A stretch of DNA of 64,000 nt from Candidatus Spongiisociaceae bacterium (GCA_965202665.1 OZ241841.1:2592001-2656000), one strand, 5' to 3'. Shown: positions 20,233 to 31,900, counted from the stretch's first letter. Notes: generated by a model not told the origin, from the letters alone. Numbers and translations: made by a program.

Positions 20233-20943
20233 TTATTTGGAAGTATCTTTGCTATGACAGGTTTGTTTTCTATAATGGCAGTAGTCTTTTAAGAGAGAAT
20301 GGCCGATGCTAGTAACATCACGGAAACGTTGGGTCGCCTCTTCTTTGCTGGAATAGCCTGGATGGGATCCGTTGGTATTGAATTCACTAACCTTTTTACG
20401 TAGCCATTCCGTATCTACTTTAGATATTAGACCAATATTATGTAACAAACTTATGGCACTTTTTATACTTTTGGCCTTCCGGCTCTTGACGCGCATATAA
20501 ATTGTCTCCAATAATGACTGCAGAAAAGCACGTAGCATCGCATTACAAGCTTCATAATGACCGCATTCTAGGCAAGAGAGTGCTTCATTGTAGAAATGGA
20601 GTTCTTGGTCCAAATTTGCAGTTTCAAGATACTTGATCAGCAAGCCTGAGCTTTCCCAGTACGGATTTGCGTTCAGGTATTGTTGCATTGCCCTGCGCGC
20701 ATTTGCATGTGTAGGGTTGTCCCATAAGCGGGTAGGTGTTGGCGCCATCCGAGATCGTAGCTCTTCCGCTCTGCTGGATATCTCATGTAACCCTCGCGCA
20801 CCCCCAACCGAGTCCAGCAAATCTTGAGAATTACGAAGGATCGTTAGGTTTCTCGAAAAGTCGCCTTCAAGAAAGAATGGCATTGACATGGTCCTTACCT
20901 CCTTAGGTAATCTGTCCAGGTCGGTGATCTTATTCGTTTTCAT
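20233..20943 (-). CDS. Hypothetical AT-rich protein with a DUF4145/HEPN-like C-terminal domain
   Basis: 'EALSCL..G.YEACNAMLRAFLQ', 'FNTNGSHPG'. Own sigma-A promoter. Confidence 0.55.
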   Translation of the reverse strand: MKTNKITDLDRLPKEVRTMSMPFFLEGDFSRNLTILRNSQDLLDSVGGARGLHEISSRAEELRSRMAPTPTRLWDNPTHANARRAMQQYLNANPYWESSGLLIKYLETANLDQELHFYNEALSCLECGHYEACNAMLRAFLQSLLETIYMRVKSRKAKSIKSAISLLHNIGLISKVDTEWLRKKVSEFNTNGSHPGYSSKEEATQRFRDVTSIGHSLLKDYCHYRKQTCHSKDTSK

Positions 20944-20968
20944 CTAAGCACCGCCTGGCTGAGACGCC

Positions 20969-20997
20969 AGTTTAGGCAACCTCCTGGGATTTGTCAA
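20969..20997 (-). promoter_or_regulatory. Consensus sigma-A promoter TTGACA-N17-TAAACT
   Basis: Reverse complement of agttta(20969-74)...tgtcaa(20992-97), with a 17-nt spacer, 25 nt upstream of ATG 20943. Confidence 0.7.
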
Positions 20998-21245
20998 GCA
21001 CCCCAGCAGTGGTCGTCCTATCTACGGCAGATAGGCTAGCAAAAACATACTCTGTGCTGGGCTTTTAGGCATCTTCCCCGGTGGGTTCAACTAACTTTGC
21101 AACCGTGTTACCCTCCTTATCCGGGAAGCCCAGGGTCGTGCGCCCCGGCTCCGGCGACCGCTCTTGGATGGGAGCGGGGGATAGTCGGGTCAGGGGGTGC
21201 GCCTGGCTGCTGGTCATGTAACCGAACAACTAGAAGGTATAACAA

Positions 21246-21917
21246 ATGACAACTACGTTGCTGTCGCTGATAATCATCTGGCTGGCTGTCTTGCCGGGCG
21301 TCCTGTTCATCTGGGCGTTTGAGATGTTGGCTGGGAGATGGACCACAGGGATACGAGGTGGGCTCTTGCGGTCCGTTGGCTACTCGGCCGTGTTTCACAT
21401 TCTATTTCTTCCTTTAACCTATCATTTGCGGGTTTCCTACTGGGATCGGATATGGGAAGGCATGTATGTCAGTCTTTGGGTTTGGCTATACATGTCCTTA
21501 TATGTGGTTGTACCTATTACGTTGGGATTACTAGCAGCAGGATGGGTTATCAGTAGCGCAACATCCGCTACCTCCAAAAAGTATCGGTGGGCGGGGTTAT
21601 TTGTTGGCAGATCTCCCGCCCCTCGTGCTTGGGATTTCCTTTTTGGCTGGCAACGGGTTGCTGGGTGGGTACGTTTGCGCACCAAAACCGGGCTGTATAT
21701 GGGCGGGTACTATGGAGAAGGATCTTATGTAGCGGGATATCCTGATATACAAGACATTTATCTTACAAGAGCAATAGAGATTGATCCTGATTCCGGTGAA
21801 TTTGGTATAGATTCCGAGGGGAAGCCACTGTCACTGCCTTCTGGTTTGCTTATTCGTTGGGATGAGGTAGAATATTTGGAGTTCACGCCGGATGAAAGGG
21901 AGGATGGTAATGATTAA
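21246..21917 (+). CDS. DUF6338-family membrane protein (N-terminal TMs, C-terminal beta domain)
   Basis: 'LPG', three TMs, 'AWDFLF...WVRLRTK.G..GGYYG..S...YP..QDIYL', 'GLLIRWDEVEYLEF'. Confidence 0.7.
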   Translation: MTTTLLSLIIIWLAVLPGVLFIWAFEMLAGRWTTGIRGGLLRSVGYSAVFHILFLPLTYHLRVSYWDRIWEGMYVSLWVWLYMSLYVVVPITLGLLAAGWVISSATSATSKKYRWAGLFVGRSPAPRAWDFLFGWQRVAGWVRLRTKTGLYMGGYYGEGSYVAGYPDIQDIYLTRAIEIDPDSGEFGIDSEGKPLSLPSGLLIRWDEVEYLEFTPDEREDGND

Positions 21918-22110
21918 GAAAAGAAACCGGCGCCCTCGCTGGAAAAGAGGGTGGCGTTACATGGCCCCCGATGTACGGATAGAGGACGCGGGGCCTCCTC
22001 CTAAGGGGCCTATCATCGGCCGTCATAATCCAGTGAGGCGTGCTAAAATCCTTGGCGGAGCGGAAACCCCTCCCGACGCTGTGGCTACTCCGCCCAGTAG
22101 CGAAAACTAG
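21910..22110 (+). CDS. Micro-protein A (basic N-terminus, YMAxDV-x6-PPP, SSEN end)
   Basis: SD GGAGG, overlaps the DUF6338 stop, paralogous to 22199-22423. Confidence 0.55.
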   Translation: MIKKRNRRPRWKRGWRYMAPDVRIEDAGPPPKGPIIGRHNPVRRAKILGGAETPPDAVATPPSSEN

Positions 22111-22198
22111 CATCCCAGCAGGGGCGGATCCCACATCCCGTAATTAAGATGGAGGTGGGATATTTGGAATCCCTGCCGAGCAGAAAGGAGCATGGTGG

Positions 22199-22423
22199 AT
22201 GTTTATGAGAAGGAGGCGACCTATGAGGCATATGTGGGGTTATGCGACTGTATATGGGGGTTATATGGCAGCTGATGTGTCGCACACTGAGGTTGAGCCG
22301 CCACCGGCTGATTGGTTGGCCTCTATCAATCGGGGTGCCCGGCCTGAAAACCGCTGTTGCTGTAAAGCGAATTTTCATCCTGATGCCGATAGTGATAGGC
22401 TAAGTAGTGAAAACCAACCTTAA
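22199..22423 (+). CDS. Micro-protein B (paralog of 21910-22110)
   Basis: SD AAGGAG (alternative start 22223). 'RRRRP...YMAADVSHTEVEPPP...SSENQP'. Confidence 0.55.
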   Translation: MFMRRRRPMRHMWGYATVYGGYMAADVSHTEVEPPPADWLASINRGARPENRCCCKANFHPDADSDRLSSENQP

Positions 22424-22524
22424 CTAACAGATTGGGGAATCTAGGGGAGGAAGTAAGCGGCGGGTGTTTGGTTGGCTATTATGGGGGATTGCGCAATTGC
22501 CTTTCTTGAAACGGAACCGGGGAG

Positions 22525-25347
22525 ATGACGGCTGACAACCTGGTGGTGCGGGGAGCCCGCGAACACAACCTGCAGAATATTTCGGTGGAACTGCCCCGCG
22601 ATCGGCTGATCGTGTTCACCGGCCTGTCCGGGTCGGGCAAGTCCAGCCTGGCCTTCGACACCATCTACGCCGAAGGGCAGCGACGCTATGTGGAAAGCCT
22701 GTCCGCCTACGCCCGCCAGTTCCTCGGGCAGATGGACAAACCGGATGTGGATTTCATCGAAGGCCTGTCCCCGGCCATCTCCATCGACCAGAAAACGGCC
22801 AGCCGCAACCCCCGTTCCACGGTGGGCACCGTCACCGAAGTGCACGACTACCTGCGCCTGCTCTACGCCCGAATCGGCAAACCGCACTGCCCGCAGTGTC
22901 GCCGGCCGGTCACCCGCCAGACCCCCCAGCAGATCGTGGACCGCATCTCCGAACTGGAAGAAGGAACCCGCTTTCAGGTGCTGGCCCCGGTGGTGCGGGG
23001 GAGGAAAGGCGAATACGAGGAACTGTTCAACGACCTGTCCAAACAGGGGTTCAGCCGGGTGCGGGTGGATGGGGAAATAATGGACTTGGGAGGAAAAATA
23101 CGCCTCGACCGTTACTTTACCCACAACATTGAAGTTGTAGTTGACCGTTTGGTCGCCAAAAAATCGGGGGTGCGCCGCCTCACCGACTCCCTGGAAACCG
23201 CCCTGTCCCTCACCGACGGCATCGCGGTGGTGGACGTGATAGACGGCCCGGAACTGACTTTCAGCCAGCATTTGGCCTGCGACCACTGCGGCCTGTCGTT
23301 CGACGAACTCGAACCGCGTTCTTTTTCTTTCAACAGCCCTTACGGGGCCTGTCAGACCTGCTCCGGCATCGGCACCAGATACGAAGTGGATCCGCAACTG
23401 GTCATCCCCGACGACGACCTCACCATCGAAGAAGGGGCGGTGGCCCCCTGGTCCGCCAACCGCAACCTCTACTTTCGCAACCTTTTGGACGGCCTGGCCG
23501 AAGAACTCGGTTTCCGGATGGACGTCCCGTTCAAAAAACTGGCTAAAAAGCACCGGGACGCCATCCTTTACGGCACCGGCGACCTGCGCATCCCGGTGAC
23601 GATGACCTCCCGCCGGGGGCGCCAACGCCACTACCGGGTGCGCCACGAAGGGGTGATACCGCTCATCCGCCGCCGCCACGAGCAGACCGAAAGCGAAGCC
23701 TCCCGCTTCTACCACCAGGAATACATGCGGGAAGTTCCCTGCCAGGACTGCGACGGGGCCCGCCTCAACCCGGTGTCGCTGGCGGTGACGGTGGGGGATA
23801 TGGACATTTTCCAACTGTGCTCCCGTTCCATCCGGGGAACCCTGGACGCTTTGGACAAACTGGAACTGAACGAACGGGACGCGGCCATCGCCGCCGCGGT
23901 GCTGAAAGAAATCAAAGCCCGGCTGGCTTTCCTGCTGGATGTGGGATTGGACTACCTAACCTTGTACCGGGGGGCGGCCACCCTCTCCGGCGGGGAGGCG
24001 CAGCGCATCCGCCTGGCCACCCAGATCGGCTCCGGCCTGGTCGGGGTGCTGTACGTGTTGGACGAACCGTCCATCGGCCTGCACCAGCGGGACAACCGGC
24101 GGCTGATAGAAACCCTGCTCCGGCTGCGGGATTTGGGCAACACCCTCATCGTGGTGGAACACGACGAAGAAACCATCCGCTCCGCCGACTGCATCGTGGA
24201 TTTGGGGCCGGGGGCGGGGGAGAACGGGGGGCGGGTGGTGGCCGAAGGCGCCCTGCGGGACATCATCGCCGAACCGGAGTCGTTGACCGGCGACTATCTG
24301 GCCGGGAGGCGCTCCATCCCCGCCCCGGAGCGGCGCCGGCCGGGGGACGGGCGGGAAGTGGAAGTGATCGGAGCCTCCGCAAACAACCTGCGCGACTTGG
24401 ACGTCGCCTTCCCGCTGGGGACGTTCACCGCCGTCACCGGGGTGTCCGGCAGCGGCAAATCCTCCCTGGTTTTGGAAATACTTTCCAAAGGCTTGGAGCA
24501 GCGCCTGTACCGCTCCCGGGCGGTGCCCGGCCATCACCGCCGCATCCTGGGGGCGGAGGCGGTGGACAAGGTGATCAACATCGACCAGTCGCCCATCGGG
24601 CGCACCCCCCGCTCCAACCCCGCCACGTACACCAAAGTGTTCGACCGCATCCGCTCCCTGTTCGCCTCCGTCCCCGAATCCCGGGTCCGGGGCTATAAAC
24701 CGGGGCGTTTCTCGTTCAACGTGGCCGGGGGCCGGTGCGAAGCCTGCCGGGGGGACGGCACCATCCGCATCGAAATGCATTTCCTGCCCGACGTGTACGT
24801 GCCCTGCGAAGCGTGCCAGGGGCGCCGTTACAACCGGGACACGCTGGATGTTTCGTGGAAAGGCCGCTCCATCGCCGATGTGCTGGGAATGCCGGTGGAG
24901 CAGGCCCTGGAATTTTTCGAAGCCCAGCCCCCGATCGCCCGCACCATGCAGACCCTGTGGGACGTGGGACTGGGCTACATCCGCCTGGGGCAGCCCGCCC
25001 CCACCCTGTCCGGAGGGGAGGCGCAACGGGTGAAATTGGCCTCCGAGTTGGGCAAACGGGCCACCGGCGACACCGTCTACATCTTGGACGAACCCACCAC
25101 CGGCCTCCACTTCGAGGATGTCAAAAAACTGCTGGCGGTGCTGCACCGGCTGGTGGACGGGGGCAACACGGTGGTCATCATCGAACACAACCTGGACGTG
25201 ATCAAATCCGCCGACTGGATCATCGACATGGGCCCGGAAGGGGGGGACGAAGGGGGGCGGATAGTGGCGGAAGGAACCCCCGAACAGGTGGCGGAAGTAC
25301 CCGACTCCTACACCGGCAAGTTCCTGCGGGAACTGCTCGTCCCCTGA
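22525..25347 (+). CDS. uvrA: Excinuclease ABC subunit A
   Basis: 'GAREHNLQN', '[14 protein letters not shown]', two [11 protein letters not shown] signatures, zinc fingers. Confidence 0.98.
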   Translation: MTADNLVVRGAREHNLQNISVELPRDRLIVFTGLSGSGKSSLAFDTIYAEGQRRYVESLSAYARQFLGQMDKPDVDFIEGLSPAISIDQKTASRNPRSTVGTVTEVHDYLRLLYARIGKPHCPQCRRPVTRQTPQQIVDRISELEEGTRFQVLAPVVRGRKGEYEELFNDLSKQGFSRVRVDGEIMDLGGKIRLDRYFTHNIEVVVDRLVAKKSGVRRLTDSLETALSLTDGIAVVDVIDGPELTFSQHLACDHCGLSFDELEPRSFSFNSPYGACQTCSGIGTRYEVDPQLVIPDDDLTIEEGAVAPWSANRNLYFRNLLDGLAEELGFRMDVPFKKLAKKHRDAILYGTGDLRIPVTMTSRRGRQRHYRVRHEGVIPLIRRRHEQTESEASRFYHQEYMREVPCQDCDGARLNPVSLAVTVGDMDIFQLCSRSIRGTLDALDKLELNERDAAIAAAVLKEIKARLAFLLDVGLDYLTLYRGAATLSGGEAQRIRLATQIGSGLVGVLYVLDEPSIGLHQRDNRRLIETLLRLRDLGNTLIVVEHDEETIRSADCIVDLGPGAGENGGRVVAEGALRDIIAEPESLTGDYLAGRRSIPAPERRRPGDGREVEVIGASANNLRDLDVAFPLGTFTAVTGVSGSGKSSLVLEILSKGLEQRLYRSRAVPGHHRRILGAEAVDKVINIDQSPIGRTPRSNPATYTKVFDRIRSLFASVPESRVRGYKPGRFSFNVAGGRCEACRGDGTIRIEMHFLPDVYVPCEACQGRRYNRDTLDVSWKGRSIADVLGMPVEQALEFFEAQPPIARTMQTLWDVGLGYIRLGQPAPTLSGGEAQRVKLASELGKRATGDTVYILDEPTTGLHFEDVKKLLAVLHRLVDGGNTVVIIEHNLDVIKSADWIIDMGPEGGDEGGRIVAEGTPEQVAEVPDSYTGKFLRELLVP

Positions 25348-25373
25348 CCGGGGCGGCCCGCCGCGCTTCGCTG

Positions 25374-26141
25374 ATGGAACGGCCCCCGCCCCGGGAAACG
25401 GACGAATGGGCGGAGTTGGCCGACTGGTGGCTGGCCGAATCGGCCTCCGAAGCCTACGCCGAAGAGGTGATTCCGTTGCTGTGCGAGGCCCTGCCGGACG
25501 TCGCCGGGCAAAAATGGCTGGACGCCGGATGCGGGGAGGGGGCGGTGGCCGACCGGGCGGCGGAGCGGGGAGCTTGGGTGGCGGGGGCCGACCTCAACCC
25601 GCGGTTGGCGGGACGGGCCGCCCGCCGCCATCCGGCGGTGCGTTGCCGCCTGCCCGACCTGGGATGCCTGCGGGATCGGTCGTTGGACGGGGCGTACGCG
25701 GTTCTGGTGCTGGAGCACATAGCCGACCGGGGGCGGTTTTTCGCCGAGACGGCCCGGGTGGTGCGGCCGGGAGGGGCTTTGGCGGCGGTGATCAACCATC
25801 CGGTGTACACCGCGCCCGGTTCGGGGCCGGTGCTGGACCCCAACGACGGGGAGATTTTCTGGCGGTTCGGGGACTATCTGACTCCCGGGGAAACCACCGA
25901 ACCGGCCGGGGAGGGAAAAGTGACCTTCCACCATTGGCCGCTGGGGATGCTGTTGACCGCGGCCGCCGCCGCCGGGTGGTCGCTGGAGCGGGTTTGGGAA
26001 CGGGGGGTGGGGGAGGGGGCCGCCGTCCGGAATCCGATATTGTCCCTGCACGGCCAAATTCCGCATTTGATGGCCCTGCGTTGGCGCCGGGGCGGGGCGG
26101 TCGCCGTTTCAACCGGGGGAGAGGGTAGCCTGCGGGCATGA
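25374..26141 (+). CDS. Class I SAM-dependent methyltransferase
   Basis: 'WLDAGCGEG', 'ARVVRPGG', 'NHP'. ATGA overlap with uvrC. Confidence 0.85.
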   Translation: MERPPPRETDEWAELADWWLAESASEAYAEEVIPLLCEALPDVAGQKWLDAGCGEGAVADRAAERGAWVAGADLNPRLAGRAARRHPAVRCRLPDLGCLRDRSLDGAYAVLVLEHIADRGRFFAETARVVRPGGALAAVINHPVYTAPGSGPVLDPNDGEIFWRFGDYLTPGETTEPAGEGKVTFHHWPLGMLLTAAAAAGWSLERVWERGVGEGAAVRNPILSLHGQIPHLMALRWRRGGAVAVSTGGEGSLRA

Positions 26142-27967
26142 AACGACCGGCCCGCGCCGAAGTGCCCGACGCCCCCGGGGCCTACCTGTTCCGGGACAGG
26201 CACGGGCAGGTCAACTACGTGGGCAAAGCCAAATCGTTGCGCAACCGGGTGGCTACCTACTTCAACCGGGACATCGGCCCCCGCACCCGGGCCATGGTGG
26301 AATCCTCGGAGCGGGTGGAATGGATCATGGTGGACAACGAAGTGGAAGCTTTGATGTTGGAATATTCCCTCATACAGGAGCACCTGCCCCGCTTCAACGT
26401 TCGCTTCAGGGACGACAAAAGCTACCCTTACCTGGCTATAACCCGCTCCGAAGAGTGGCCCCGGGTGCGGGTTATGAGAGGGGCTAAAAAGAAAGGAACC
26501 CAGTATTTCGGCCCTTATGCGCACGCCTACGCCATACGCAACACCCTCGACCTCTTGTTGAGGTCTCTGCCGGTGCGCACCTGTTCCCCAAACGTGTTCC
26601 GTAGACATCAACTTAAGGGTCGGCCCTGCATTGAATACGACATTGAACGTTGCTCGGCCCCCTGCGTCGGCTTCGTGGATGCGGAAACCTACGCCGAATA
26701 CGTGGACGGGATGGCGGAAGTGCTGACCGGTTCCGCCGAAGACCTGTTGGAAAGACTGCGAATTCGCATGCTGGGCGAAGCCGACTGCTTGGAATATGAA
26801 CGGGCGGCCCGCACCCGCGACCAGATGCGGGATGTGCGCAAAGCGGTGGCCCGTCAGGAAATGGTGTCCGACCGCCCCGAAAACTTCGACCTTATGGCAA
26901 TGGTTGACGACGACCTTGAAGCGTCGGTTCAGGTGTTCCGGGTGCGCAACGGCCGGATCGTGGGAAGGCTGGGTTCCGTTATTGACAAAGTGGAGGACCT
27001 CGACAAAGGGCGGATAACGGCCGCGGTGCTGCGCGACCTGTACGGGGAAACGGCTTCCCCGCCGCCCCCTTTGGTTTTGGTGGAGGAACTCCCCCCCGGC
27101 GACGAACCCTGGGAGGGCGCCCTGTCCCGGCGGCGGGGGTCGGGGGTGAAAATCAAAGTCCCCCAGCGGGGGGCCAAAAAACGGCTGATGGCCACCGCGC
27201 AGGCCAACGCCTCCGAGGCTTTCATGCGCCACCGGTTGCGGCGGCAGTCCGATCACAACGCCCGGGCCCGCGATTTGCGCAGCCTGCAGGAGGTTCTGTC
27301 CTTGCCGGAACCTCCGCTCCGCATTGAGGCTTACGACATTTCCACCATTCAGGGTCGGCACACGGTGGCCTCCATGGTGGTGTTGGAAGACGGGCTGGCC
27401 CGGCGGGGCCATTACCGGAGGTTCCGCATCCGCACCGTGCAGGGCCAGGACGACTTTGCGGCCATGGAGGAGGTCATCCTCCGCCGATTTACCGCCTATC
27501 TGGAAGAATTGGGGAAACCGGCGGCGGAGCGGGGCAAATTTTCCTATCCGCCGTCGCTGGTGCTGATCGACGGGGGGGTCGGGCAACTGGGTAGGGCGGC
27601 GGACGCCCTCCACCGGCTGGAAATGGACATCCCGGTGATCGGGTTGGCCAAAAAGATGGAGCATGTTTTCGTGCCCGGCCAGCCGGAGCCGATCGTCATC
27701 CCCCGCGATCAGCCCGCCCTGCATCTTCTGCAACGGGTGCGGGACGAGGCGCACCGGTTCGCGTTGATGTACCACCGGCAGGTGCGGGGCAAGCGCATGA
27801 TCGACTCCATCCTGGACGAAGTGGAGGGGATCGGGCCGGTGCGCAAAAAAGCCCTCATTCGGGAGTTCGGGTCGGTGAAACGGCTGCGGGCGGCGGAAGT
27901 GGGGCGACTGGCGGAGGTGGTTCCCCGAACCGTGGCCGAAAACCTCTACTCTGTGCTGCATGAGTAG
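26138..27967 (+). CDS. uvrC: Excinuclease ABC subunit C
   Basis: GIY-YIG 'PGAYLF...YVGKAKSLR', 'DDKSYPY', 'IEAYDIS', 'LIDGGVGQL', 'RDEAHRFA', HhH. Confidence 0.97.
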   Translation: MKRPARAEVPDAPGAYLFRDRHGQVNYVGKAKSLRNRVATYFNRDIGPRTRAMVESSERVEWIMVDNEVEALMLEYSLIQEHLPRFNVRFRDDKSYPYLAITRSEEWPRVRVMRGAKKKGTQYFGPYAHAYAIRNTLDLLLRSLPVRTCSPNVFRRHQLKGRPCIEYDIERCSAPCVGFVDAETYAEYVDGMAEVLTGSAEDLLERLRIRMLGEADCLEYERAARTRDQMRDVRKAVARQEMVSDRPENFDLMAMVDDDLEASVQVFRVRNGRIVGRLGSVIDKVEDLDKGRITAAVLRDLYGETASPPPPLVLVEELPPGDEPWEGALSRRRGSGVKIKVPQRGAKKRLMATAQANASEAFMRHRLRRQSDHNARARDLRSLQEVLSLPEPPLRIEAYDISTIQGRHTVASMVVLEDGLARRGHYRRFRIRTVQGQDDFAAMEEVILRRFTAYLEELGKPAAERGKFSYPPSLVLIDGGVGQLGRAADALHRLEMDIPVIGLAKKMEHVFVPGQPEPIVIPRDQPALHLLQRVRDEAHRFALMYHRQVRGKRMIDSILDEVEGIGPVRKKALIREFGSVKRLRAAEVGRLAEVVPRTVAENLYSVLHE

Positions 27968-28859
27968 CGGGAAGGCGCCGGAGGGAGGGCCGCGGGCCGC
28001 CGGGGAGGCCCCCCGCCTGCTGGTGCTGACCGGCCTGTCCGGGGCGGGCCGCTCCACCGGGGCCAAAGCGCTGGAGGATCTTGGTTTTTACGTGATCGAC
28101 AACCTTCCCCCCGGCCTGCTCCGGCAGGTGGTGGATTTGGGCGACCTGCGGAGCCGGGGGGAGCATCTGGCGGTGGCGCTGGGCAGCCGCAGCGGGTATC
28201 TCATAAACGAGTTGGACGAAGCCATCTCCGAGTTGGAATCTTCCGGCATCCGGGTGACGCTGGTGTTTTTGGATGCCACCGACGACACCCTCATTCGCCG
28301 TTACGAGGAGCACCGCCGCCCCCATCCGCTGGGTTTGGCCACCCTGCCCGAATCCATCGCCGCCGAACGGGAAATGATGGAGCCGCTCCGCTCCAAAGCC
28401 GATGTGTACGTGAACACCAGCGATTTCAACGTGCATGAGTTCCGCCGGTGGCTGTCGTCGCAGTTCGCCGATTTGGAGGAGGAGCCGTCGTTGCGGGTGG
28501 CGGTCACCTCCTTCGGCTTCAAAAACGGCACGCCCCGCGACTTGGATCTGATGTTCGATGTGCGGTTCCTGCCCAACCCGTACTGGGTTCCCGAACTGCG
28601 CAACCTGATCGGAACCGACCGGCGGGTGCGGGAGCACGTGATGTCCCTGGCGGACGCCCGGGGGTTTCTGGAGCGGTTGCGGGAAATGCTGGTTTTCCTG
28701 ATTCCCCGCTACCGGCAGGAAGGCAAATCCTATGTGAGCATCGGCATCGGCTGCACCGGCGGACGCCACCGTTCAGTGGCTTTGGCCGAAGAGCTGGGGG
28801 ATTGGCTGCGGGAGCAAAACCACCACCCGGCCGTACGCCACCGCGACGCCGGCAAATAG
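27960..28859 (+). CDS. rapZ: RNase adapter RapZ/YvcJ
   Basis: 'GLSGAGRS', 'IDNLP', 'SFGFKNG', 'DVRFLPNPYW', 'IGCTGGRHRSV'. Confidence 0.95.
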   Translation: MSSGKAPEGGPRAAGEAPRLLVLTGLSGAGRSTGAKALEDLGFYVIDNLPPGLLRQVVDLGDLRSRGEHLAVALGSRSGYLINELDEAISELESSGIRVTLVFLDATDDTLIRRYEEHRRPHPLGLATLPESIAAEREMMEPLRSKADVYVNTSDFNVHEFRRWLSSQFADLEEEPSLRVAVTSFGFKNGTPRDLDLMFDVRFLPNPYWVPELRNLIGTDRRVREHVMSLADARGFLERLREMLVFLIPRYRQEGKSYVSIGIGCTGGRHRSVALAEELGDWLREQNHHPAVRHRDAGK

Positions 28860-28936
28860 GCCAAACGCCCCCGCTACCGGGAAATGTCGCACCCCGGCCG
28901 CAAACTGGAGAGGGCGGAGGGTCGGGGAGCGGATTG

Positions 28937-31900
28937 TTATGAGTCTCCGCTGGCGGCGGGGGCGAGGTTGATGGCGCGGACGAAGAAGGAGGCCATCTGG
29001 GCGCGGGTTACCGGTTTGTTCGGGCAGTAGTTGAGGGGGGTGGTGGCGCAGCCTCTGGTTACGCCTCTGCCGTACATTCCTTCAATAGCCCGCACTATCG
29101 CCGGATCCAACCCCGTTGCGTCTTGGAATAGGTTTTTGGGTTCTTCCACGGATTGGAGGTGGGGGAAAGCGGCGATCATCATGATGGCCATGTCAGCCCG
29201 GGTTACCACACCGCCGGGGTTGAAGTTTCCGTCGGTGAGCGCGAAGGCGTTTACGGATACGCCCCATTCGGCGTAGGTGCGGTACCAGGCGTCGGCTGGA
29301 ACATCGCTGATTTCTATGGCCTCGGGGGTTTGGATGGTCCAGCGTTGGGAGACGGCGCGGTGGAGGAAGGCGGCCATTTGCCGTCGGGTGATTTGGGCTC
29401 CGGGGCAGTATTTGGTGGAGTCGGTGGCGTCGCAGCCCAAGGTGATTCTCCATCCGGCTATCCGTTCGATGTTGGCTTCATGGACGCTGCCGTCCTCATC
29501 GCAGAACCTTCCTTGGCATGCCGGTTCAGCGGGAGCGGGCGAGGGCGCGGCCGGGGGCGGAGCGGCAGGCGGTGGGGTGCCTCCGCCGCCGCCGCCTCCT
29601 CCTCCACCACCGCCTCCGCCGCCTCCACCTCCGCCTCCGCCCCCTCCACCGCTGGGGGCTGGGGCAGGCGCTGGGGTGGGGGTATCGTTGGCGGGGATGG
29701 TGAGTGTGAGGGTGGTGGGGGTGATGGTGAGGGTGGATGGGGTGGAGGGGGTGAGTGTGATTCGTTCAACTGGTTCTGTGGTGGTGTCGTTGAGGATGGT
29801 TATGGTGAGGTTGGGGGCTTGGGTTTGCCCGGCGGGAATGACGGCGGTCAGGCTGTTTATCCGGTAGTCGGAGTTGCGTTGGGCGTTTCCGCTGAGGCTG
29901 AAGTTGACGGTGGTATCGGTGGGGAGCGTGTTGGATCCGGCGGGTAAGCGGGTGGCGATGGTGGCGGTAGCGCCGGTGGTTTCGGCCAAGCTGTTTGCGG
30001 AGAGGCTGATTTGGATGCCGGTGGGCCGGTCGTCGTCGTCTTTGATGGTGAAGGAGGTTGGGGTGACGGTGTATCCGGCGGCGACCGTTCCGGTTATTTG
30101 CAGGGTTTCGTCTCCTTCGGCGATGTTGTCTTCGGTGGTTTGCAGGGTGAAGGTGGGGAGGGTGGCGCTGTTTTGATTGGCGGGGATGGTCAGAGAGGTG
30201 AGGGTGGGGGCGGTGTAGTCGGTTCCGGCGACGGCGTCTCCTCCGAGGGCCAGTGTTATGGTTTGGGAGGTGGTGAGGGCCGCGCCCGGGTAGGCGGCTC
30301 GCAGGGTTACGGCCGCTACTGCGTCTCCTTCGTTCACCTCGTCTGGGGTGAGGGTGAGGGTGATGGTTTCGTCGTCGATGATGGTGAGGGTGTCTTCCCT
30401 GATGGTGAAACTGGTGGGGGTTCCGCCGGCGACGGTCAACGTTTCGTTCCCTTCAAGGTTTTCGTCGTTGTACGTTCCGTCGGTTTTGAGAGTGAAGGTG
30501 CCGGTTCCGCTGGATTGGTAGGCGGGGATGTTTATGGTGAAGTCGCCCACCGTTTCGTAGTCGGTTCCCTCGGTGGCTTCCCCAGTGGCCTTACCGACCG
30601 TAATTGGCACGAGAGTGGGGGCGGAGCGGGTGACGGTTCCCTGGAAAGAAGCTTGCACCCGCACCGTGGTGTCCTCTCCGCCTTCGCGTACTTGGGTGAG
30701 CGTTGCCCCGGTGTCGTGGTTGAGGAGGGTGATGTCGATGTTAGGGGTGTCGTCGTTGTCGGTGATGGTCAGGGCGGCGTCTACGGTTGGGTAGTCGATG
30801 CTGTTGATGGTTACTTGGCTGCCGTTGATGGTTATGGTTTTGTTTGGTTCGTCTATGTTATCGTCGTTTACCGTGATAGTGATGTCAGCGTAGTTGCTGG
30901 TTTGTCCCTGGGCGATGGTGATGCCGGCGGCGTATCCGTCGGGGGTTGAGGCTGGTTTGGGGGGCAGGCTGATTCGGTAGTCTTCTTCTTCCGTCCAGGC
31001 GCTGTTGGTGTCAGCTATGGCGCTACCGGCTATGTTTAGGCCTATTACCGTTCCGCCGGTGGGGGCGTTCACCGGTAGGGTAGCGGTAACTCGTATGGTG
31101 GTGGACGCGCTGTTTTCGGCTAGCGCGGATATTGTGGAGCCGGATGCGGTTAGGGCGAGGGTGATGCCGCTGTCTACTACGTTGATGGTGTCGGTGTCGG
31201 ATTCTGATTCTCCGGCGACGGTGGCCGAGCCGGTTATTTTCACTGTTTCCACAGTTTCCGTTGTGCTGTCGTCCCGGGCGGTCAGCTGGAATGTTCCCGT
31301 ATGGCTAGTTTGCCCGCTGGGGATGGTGATAGTAAAGGAGTTCCCCGTCTGGTCGGTGCAAGCATCGTTCTGGCCGATCGCGGAGCACGACGCCGCCACC
31401 GACGCTCCGTCGGTGTCCCCGGCCGCCACTGCTACCGTCACAGCGGTGTTGGCCGCTAAAGCGGATGAGGTTGCTCCGGCGAACCCGGCGGTTACCGTAA
31501 TGTCTTGGGCAGAACCTTCCGCCACCGTCCCGGGATGGGTGGTGATTTCCAGGGCGGTGTCGCTGGCTCCGATGGTCAAAGTATCCGGAGTTACCGTCAC
31601 GTTGCTTCTTCCAGTGGCAGTGCCTGTGATGGCGAATGTTTCCGCTGGCTCGGTCACAGTGTCGTCCGTTACCGCAAGTCCTGTCAGGTTCGTCCAGGAG
31701 GCGCCCTGGGTTTGGCCGGTGGGGATGGACACCGTGACCGGCGTAGCGGGAGCGGTGAAATCTGTTCCCCCGCCTGCGGCTGATTGCGGCGATGAAACCC
31801 CGGCGGTAACGCGCACCTGCAGAGCGGATCCTAAATCGTTGGAGGTGGCGGTGGTGAACGCGGCCCGTACCCGCACCGCGGGGGTGGCTCCTTCCGACAG

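Noticed and set aside
21066-21230. Minus-strand reading LFGYMTSSQAHP...PAP as a third DUF6338-associated peptide
   Set aside because: No SD, opposite strand, and only the GYM resemblance. Likely chance.
7350-22520. Island as a prophage, ICE or transposon
   Set aside because: No integrase, transposase, phage structural genes or terminal repeats were seen.
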